DNA of 64,000 nucleotides from Octopus vulgaris (taxonomy: Eukaryota), in contig OX597828.1 in assembly GCA_951406725.2 (NCBI GenBank), forward strand, positions 70,432,001 to 70,496,000, in the 5' to 3' direction. Below the pieces are notes generated by a model. That model was given only the letters and a program-made list of their open reading frames with translations, ran no database searches and was not told the origin of the DNA. Below, in pieces: positions 55,430 to 64,000 of this stretch. Each line of letters begins with the position of its first letter. The first letter of the stretch is position 1. The position numbers and the translations under genes are program-made.

Positions 55430-56104
55430 GAAGAGATAGAGACGCATATCCTCGCGTCCCCAGAGTGTGATAGTGAGATGAGATAGACCTATCAGTAGAT
55501 GAAAATAGATAGATAGCCATAGATAATCTCCAATAGATCTTGCGTTGAGATAGAAGTAAACCGATCGTCTATTGTGCTAGGTGCAATGTTGAACCTTCAA
55601 CCCAAACTTTTCAGCGTTTATGATGTAAAAAATGTAACAATTAGAAGCATAATGCCGACAGCTTTCATGTTTACGCTCAAACTGACGGATCGTGTTGCCT
55701 ATTTTTAATGTTTTCTTACACGCCATCTTACACGCTTTGTTTGTTTGACACGGAGTATTAGCTCCGTGATTTGTCATGTTTTCACCAAAAACAACATAAC
55801 TTTAGCTTCTCATATACATTCGTTCTCGTCAATAATATATATATATTTCACAGTTTTTTTTTTTGTTGGTTTTGGTGGTTTTTTCTTTCTTCTTTTTCTT
55901 CTTCTTTTTCTTTCCTGCCTTCTTTATTCTTATCCTGACATCGATTCATCAGATGTACAAAAAACTGACGATCATTTTGTTTCAATAATAGTTATAGCCG
56001 TCTTCGTGGTCGTCTTCATTGTTTATTGCTTAACACATGTTCAGCCATGCTGAACCGACCCATGGCCAAACGTATTCCAGTTTTTATTTTAAAAAAATTT
56101 GTTT

Positions 56105-56320
56105 TTACTACCCACAAGGGGTTAAACACAGAAGGGACAAATAAGGACAGACAAACGGATTAAGTCGATTATATCGACCCCAGTGCGTAACTGGTACTTA
56201 TTTAACCGACCTCGAAAGGATGAAAGGCAAAGTCGACCTGGGCGGAATTTGAACTCAGAACGTAGCGGTAGACGAAAACCTGCTAAGCATTTCGCCCGGC
56301 GTGCTAACGATTCTGCCAAC
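56105..56320 (-). mobile_element. SINE-B, young
   Basis: Close to the reverse complement of 20800-21032. Confidence 0.88.
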
Positions 56321-56994
56321 AGCTTTCCAGTCTTTATTTTCTCCAGGCTCTGCGTACCTACAATTCTACTTCTCAAAGCGAGTAGTGCGGCCCCTTGAGT
56401 GTACGGTGGTAAATTTCATATGGGTATTGGGGACAGAACGGACGGTAGGGGGAACTATAAGTTACCTCACTTTTCAAAAACTACTTTTATTCTTTGATTC
56501 TCTTCAACAAGAATCCGCTCTGCCCCCAATCCTTTCTCTCGTGCCTCAAGCCGCGCCTATTGTAGAGAGGCCCCTACCATCTCCTCGGGTTTCATAAACT
56601 TGTGAGCTGCCAGATGATCTCACTAGTTCCGGCGGAACGAAAAAGGTACCCAGTACACCCCTGTAAGGTCGTTGGCGATAGGAAGAACATCAAACGGAGG
56701 AAGCCCCACCGAAGGGGACTCTGGAGCGCGATGCAATCCTTGGACCCACCGGATTCTGTCGACCCATTCAACCAATGCTAACATGGAAGATGTATCTTAA
56801 ATGATGACGGTGGTGATGATGATGCAAATGACGGTGGTGGTTTTGTGTGCAAACCATCTGCTAAAAATCAGAACTCAAAATGTCGTCTTGACAATCCATA
56901 TTTATATATTAAAGCCATTCAAAGACGAACAAGTGGTCTTTCAATGGCGATCAACCTGTTTCTTTCCGTTTTTTTTTTAGTGGTTTCTGTCAGT

Positions 56995-57150
56995 AGACTG
57001 CGGCCATGCTGGGGCACTGCCCTGAAGAAGTTCTAGTCGAACGGATCGACTCAGGTATTTTTATTATTTTCCTTTAAGCCTCTTTTGCCGAACTACTAAG
57101 TTACGGGACGTAAACACACCAGCATAAACACAGACACAAGATACACAAAT

Positions 57151-57203
<53 letters not shown>

Positions 57204-57371
57204 CACACGACGAGCTTCTTTCAGTTTCCGTCTACTAAATCCTCTGATTTAAGTTACTCTGAGGTAACTTATAGCTCCTCCTAAAGTCTTTGGTTGGCCC
57301 GAGGCTGTAATGGAAGACAGTTGCCCAAGGTACTACGCAGTGGGACCGAACCCGGAGCGATGTGGTTGGGA
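56995..57371 (-). mobile_element. SINE-A, diverged
   Basis: Tail gactgcggccatgctggggcactgcc and head gttgcccaagg...tgtggttggg. Confidence 0.8.
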
Positions 57372-58051
57372 GCGATAAATAAAAATGGTTGAAAAGAATT
57401 GATCCAATACAAAATTATTCTACGAACTCTTTTCTGATAAAGGCTTCAGGATTTGATATGAGGTCATTTGGCTGCTATTCTATGTTTGTTCAATGACCTT
57501 TTGGAGGCTTCGTTGTTGTGTGTGTGTGTGTGTGTGCGTGCGTGCGTGCGTGTGAATCTGGGTGTGTATGTATGAGCCTATGTCTATCTCTTCATCTCTC
57601 TCCGCCTTGCTCCTCTCTCTTTCCTCTCACAATTACACAAAGATACATAGACACACAAACACGCATAAATACATACACACACACACACACGCACACACAA
57701 ACACACGTGGTCGCGCGCATACACACACATCAATACCTCAAGTAGATTCCGTCTCTTCTCTGTCGTCTGGTCGACACACAAAAAAAATGGAAGTTTCATT
57801 TTGGAGTTAATTTGTGAGTGTTTTATCTGCAAACTGTATTTTGGTCATTGAGATAGAAGGAGCGGGGGATTTTAGGGAGGGCGAGATAACAAGACAAGAC
57901 CTGAGGGGTGGAGGGTAGGCTTAATATACTATGTGCGTATATATGGGTATGTATGTGTGTACACACACACACACATATACATATATACACATACTAACAG
58001 ACACAACGCAAATGCATATATGTATATATATATATATATATATACACATAC

Positions 58052-58212
<161 letters not shown>

Positions 58213-58601
58213 CACGCACACATACACACATAATTATGTTGGAATAAGTAGAAACTGTCTAGATAAACCAGATAGGCAAAGTGGTGAGGATTGAGCTGGT
58301 TAGAGATGATGGATGAGGAGAGAGAGAGAGAGAGAGAGAGAGAGGTGGAGAGAAGGAGAGAGAGAGAAAGAGAAGAGAGGGAGTAGACAGACTGACAGAC
58401 TGACAGACAGGCAGCATGGAAGTGTTAAGCTTGAGGACAATGTATATTTCTAAATATGGGAATATATATAGAGCAGAATATAATATAAGAATTGTGTGTG
58501 TGAGTGTGTGTATATATATGTTGTTGGGGTTTGGTTGAGGTGAGTCCTAATCAAGGAGTCATGCGACGAAAGGAATTAATTAGGGCGGTGAGAGGGTGAG
58601 G

Positions 58602-58638
<37 letters not shown>

Positions 58639-59271
58639 GGAGAGATTGAATATGGATTCTATGTGAGTGTGTGTGTGTGTTGTGTTTCGTAGCAATACAC
58701 GCTTACCAATACGCAAAATAACACACACACACACTTATAATTACGCGCACACACTAAAAAATTAAAATGCACACACACACACACACACACATTCTCTCTT
58801 TCACTCTTCCCCCCTCTCTCTCTCTCTCACACACACACACTCATACACACATGCACGCACACACGCATACACACAGCGAAGCCCTCGGCCACATCGATTC
58901 AATTTCATGAATATTGAAAAGGTAGGGATTATTAAACATACCATTACACAATCATTCTAACATTTAAGTAAATACACACACACACACATGCACACACACG
59001 CGCGTATACAAACACATACACAGTAAATATACACACATACTGAAAGCATACGCACATACATACACATATACACACATACACACACACTGAAAGCATAACT
59101 ACACACGCACACACGCTGAAAACACACATACAGGCACACGTACACACACGGCTTACACAGCAACACAATGGCACACACTTCACGCGACACTCCTCACGAC
59201 ATGCCAAACACACACTACGCACCGGAAAATGTGATAAAAGGATACATACACACAATTTTAAAAACAGACTA

Positions 59272-59335
<64 letters not shown>

Positions 59336-60398
59336 TACGTACAAACATACACACACATACACAAACAAACATACACACGCTTAAATTGACCAAATACACA
59401 TTCGAACATACAACACACTCACACACAATATATCTTCCCGAAATTATTTGTTTTTCTGTTTTCTAAAATATAAAACCATTTTTTTTTCTTATTTGCTTTT
59501 AACTTTTTGCTTTTCCTCTTAGTTTCATAATTTCTTTCTCCCCTTTTACGAGAAAAGACTAAACTCCGAAACGTCAAGAACATTTCTACATCTGCTGCAA
59601 GAGTTAAACTAAGGAGAATGACTTTAATATTGTCTTTCTCACAACGACATAATTTTTCTGTTCCACCCTCTCTCCCTCTCCCTCTCTCTCCCTAGAAATA
59701 AGTGTACGTGTTTATGTGTAACTATGTGTGTACATATACGTATATATGTATGTGTGTGTATGAGTGTATATAAACACACATTTATATATATATATACGCA
59801 TATATGTGAGTATGTGTACACGCTTATACAAATATACGAAGGAAATACTTATCCCCACTCAGTATTGTCCCGGCCGCTGACATACAACACACACACATAC
59901 GCACACACACACACACACACATATGCCCACGCGTGTGTGTGTGTGCGTATGTATTAGCTCCACCAATAACAATCGCCCCGGGCTGACCATCTGTTTGCCC
60001 TCGGTCTGCACCTATTGCAGTACATTGCACTTAAATCCTAAATTCCTCAAACTTCCTAAACTCTACAGTGACCGCCACCCCCTCCTCACATGGAGCGCCA
60101 CCACCACCACCACCACCACCACCACCATCACTAGAGTTATTACTATCACCGTCGACGCCCTAACTACCGTTATTACCATCCCAACTACCATCACCATCAC
60201 CACCACCACCACGAATACCACTGCCACCAGCAATAACACGGCTGCATCTCTTACCCTCCACCCAACACTACCACCACCTCAACCACAATCACGACCACCA
60301 TTTCTACCCCTAATCACCACCAATACCACTACTCACACCGCTGTGTCTAAAGAAAAGGGGTTCTATAGATTTTCTATTCTTATAGTAACTAATTTTAT

Positions 60399-60439
<41 letters not shown>

Positions 60440-60657
60440 ACGCGCGCGCACATACACACACACACACACACGCACGCACAGACACACACGCACACACACA
60501 CAGACATACATACACACATGCACGCATGCACACACACAAATACACACACGCACACACGCACGCGCGCACACACACACATGTTCATACAAATTCGTTTTTG
60601 GAACGGTGAATGTTGTCCGGCGTGCTAACAGGTAGCCAGCTCGTCGCCTTAACAGTA

Positions 60658-60722
<65 letters not shown>

Positions 60723-61799
60723 TGATGATAATGATGAATATGATGATGGTGATGATGTACAATAAAATACAGATGCATGTGTATGTGTGTATGTGTGTAT
60801 ATGTGTGAATGTATATGCATGTATATACATATATACACACATATATAGAAATATATATACATCTTAGCTTTTAGCAAGCACCCAGTCGCAATTACTGACG
60901 ATTAATTTTTTCCTATATGGCTTTGTGTGTGTGTGTGTGCGAAGATCGTTGCATGTGTGACTAAGTTCGTGTACCGTGGGGAGAAAGCAAATCTGATGTT
61001 TATAGTCAATCCTTTCTCTGGGCGAAAGATGGAAATATTTTTAATGCGTGTGACGCAGTTACTGCGACTTTATGTAGAGGACTTGGGTGTGGCTAACAGC
61101 GGGTCAGTGGCCAGAGAGATAAAAATATAGTGTGGGAGGAGAATTTTAATGACTTAAGCAGAAAAAAACTTATAAATATCATTGACTGAGGGTGCAGCGG
61201 CAGAGGAGTGCTGCGGATATATTTATATCAGCATAGCAAAATACGCAGATATATCTGTATAGTACATAACATGCACAAATGTAACTAATTGGTTCATAAC
61301 ATACGAAGATATATGAATAAGTACATAACAGTAGAGAGAAAAATATTTATATGGGACAGAATAACAACGCAGATATATCTACATGATATATAGCTATAAG
61401 TAAAAATATACTTACATGACGCTTAACAACACACACGGATATACCTATATGCACATAGCTGCATGCACAGATAAACCGACATGTCAATAGCACCACACAC
61501 AAACGTATCTATGCTTTCAAAGCGATTGGTATAATTAGGGCCCAACTTAGTACCCATAGCTATGCCACTAACTATTGGTGAAATTGCGGGAAAAGCAGCA
61601 CTTTAAGAAGGTCGAATTCATTTTATGCGGAGAAGGTTCGTAGCCCTGGTCTGTGGTGCGAAACGAAGGCATATATAATATGTGCATGTGTGTATCATAT
61701 ATGCATTTCATGTGTGTCTGCGTTTATACACACACACGCACACACACACATACGTATATACGTACATGCATACATACACATACTCACACGCATGGAAAG

Positions 61800-62320
61800 A
61801 CGCGTGGCACCTTGGTCAAGTGTCTTCAACTATAGGCCCAGGCTGACCAAAGCCTTGTGAGTGGATTTGTTAGTCGGAAACTGAAAGAAGCCCGCCGTTT
61901 GTGTGTTTGATTTCCCGTATCGTATTCTCTTTTTATTTTCTCGTTTTGTATTTATTTGTATTTTTTGTACATGTATTTTTATTTTTGCAGTTTTATTGTT
62001 ACGTCCTGTTCGTGTTCGTACTCATTTTGCCCCGCTGCTTGGAATTTTATTTTAATTCTCTCGCAGGAAGGCCTATGTGGATTAGTGTTCTGTCTTGCCT
62101 TCGAAACATGCTTGAGTCTACTAGCGACAGCTGATGACGGGGGTTTTTTCCTTGTGTAGCACGTCCTGTAACTGTTTTTTTGTTTTTTTGTTTTTCCCGT
62201 TTCTACGTCTTGTTGTGGTGTCCTGTACTCACGTATAATTATTTATATATGCATGTATATATACATGTAGATGTAGGTACGTACATATATGTTTGTATGT
62301 ATGCATATATTTTTATTTAT

Positions 62321-62365
<45 letters not shown>

Positions 62366-62555
62366 TGATAGAAATGGCAAGACAACAAAAGAATGAAAAA
62401 GAGACCACGATATTATGTAGATAGAGGAATTTATCAGTAAAAGTGTGTATGTGTGTATATACGTGTGTGCGTGTGTCTTTGTGTTTGTGTTTATTCCACA
62501 GAACCGCTTGATAACCGGTATTGGTGTGTTTACGTCCCCGTAACTTAACGGTGCA
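61800..62555 (+). mobile_element. SINE-A split by an inserted element (about 61900-62440) at its internal microsatellite
   Basis: The 5' half ends at gaaagaagcccgccg (about 61897) and the 3' half resumes at gtgtttgtgtttattcc...tacgtccccgtaactta. Confidence 0.7.
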
Positions 62556-62862
62556 AATAACATAAAATACGTAAACAAGAAAAAATTGGAAAACAGTACA
62601 AGTAACTCTACTTGTTATTTCGAGCGTTCAACGACAATATGAGTCTTCAAAGACAGCTGCTCCCATTAATTCTAAAATAAAATTTAGGATTTATGGAGGG
62701 TCAAAATTAAGAACAATAAAATGTGTGTAGCTAAGGAATATTTGCTATCTGAAGGGACAGTCCCTTAAGATAGCAAACATTCCTTAGCTCCACACAAGAG
62801 AGAATGTCAGAAGGGTCAGTTATTCCTCTACAATTTTTTTGTAAATTCTTAAATATATCTCC

Positions 62863-62932
<70 letters not shown>

Positions 62933-63362
62933 CACCAAACAAACATGATTTTCATTGAACACTACATATTTTCTTGTAAACTGTTTTTAACATTTTCTTA
63001 TTATTATCAAAGGATGTATTTCTGTTTTTAATACTTTTGTGACAACCTAACACAACAAAGCTCACACAAAGCTTTACGTTTTACTTTTGACAATATTTTT
63101 CTTAACAAAGTGAAACTGGTCATGTGAATAAACATCTTTAAAATTGGATTTTCAAACCTTCTTTGATATATATTTCCGCTCGTGCGGAACTTTACAAAAG
63201 AATATGACTTAACGCAGTTTACCAAGCATTCGCTAATTGTTTAATTGATATAGGACTTTGTGCAGACCCAAGCAGACACGATTTAGGATCCTGTGTCGAC
63301 CCGCTCGGCCCTCCAACCTCGGCCCGGTGGAATATCGAAAATATAATTAGAAAGAGAGAGAC

Positions 63363-63397
<35 letters not shown>

Positions 63398-64000
63398 GGG
63401 GAAGGCTGCACCATAAAGAGGCTGGTACTTCTTTCATTCAGTTGAGTAGACTGAAGATACGAGAAATAAAGAACTTGCTCAAGGACTCAATCCACCGATG
63501 TTCAAGGGATGGAACCCACCACAATGATGACCATGCGCTTATTTGCACACACACACACACACAGACACACACACACACACAGAGCGTTTGTTTGATAGGT
63601 ATGTGTAGGTGTGTGTTAATTATATCTTTTCGGCAAATTCCATCGTAACTTAATTTTACTGCAGACATTTTGTTCAATATGTATAACGCGGCGCGCGCGC
63701 ACACACACACGCACACACATAAACACACACATTCACACATTACACACACGCATACACACACACGCACACACACACACACACACACACATACACGAAAAAA
63801 GACGAAGTTCTGTTTTAGTTCTTTCTACTTTCCTCTTCAAAGTCCGTAGATGACATTCCTGCGTATCTCCTCCACCCGATCCACTCCACCACTCCACCCG
63901 TATACACAACGTGTGTTTAATATTGATGACGGTGTTTATTAACAAGGAACTATTCTCACAGAAGTAGCAGCGGGCTCGGCAGCAGCAGCAGTGAGGGTAT

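Noticed and set aside
63240-63545. Complex CpG-rich unique sequence with short ORFs (LSRLKIREIKNLLKDS…)
   Set aside because: There is no recognisable domain or complete splice pair, so it may be regulatory or UTR sequence.

Overview
AT-rich, microsatellite-saturated animal genomic DNA. The SINE repertoire and (TA)n/(CA)n/(AAT)n/(GATA)n density are most consistent with an octopus or other coleoid cephalopod (inference). Almost all listed ORFs are translations of simple repeats. The real coding signal appears to be the 3' end of an unidentified + strand spliced gene. It has small exons at 754-820, 3527-3631, 18813-18866 and possibly 25133-25168, joined by phase-1 introns, plus several candidate alternative last exons (17148, 22649, 25849, 33715). 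A long putative 3' UTR runs to about 37.15 kb. The rest is introns and intergenic DNA filled with at least four SINE families, LINE remnants (RTE, R4/Dong, CR1-group), Penelope-like remnants with hammerhead-ribozyme motifs, a decayed Gypsy LTR element, hAT/Tc1-mariner/piggyBac-type MITEs, long hairpins and minisatellites. CpG is visibly scarce up to about 47.5 kb and common after it, where a CRE/CCAAT promoter-like patch lies near 55.0-55.2 kb. The most interesting items are the phase-1 C-terminal switching exon array, an intronic array of RFX X-box-like motifs, and a sense-strand intronic minimal hammerhead. Exon models rest on splice signals and frame only, and I could not assign a gene name. 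Element boundaries are approximate unless a TSD or TIR is quoted.
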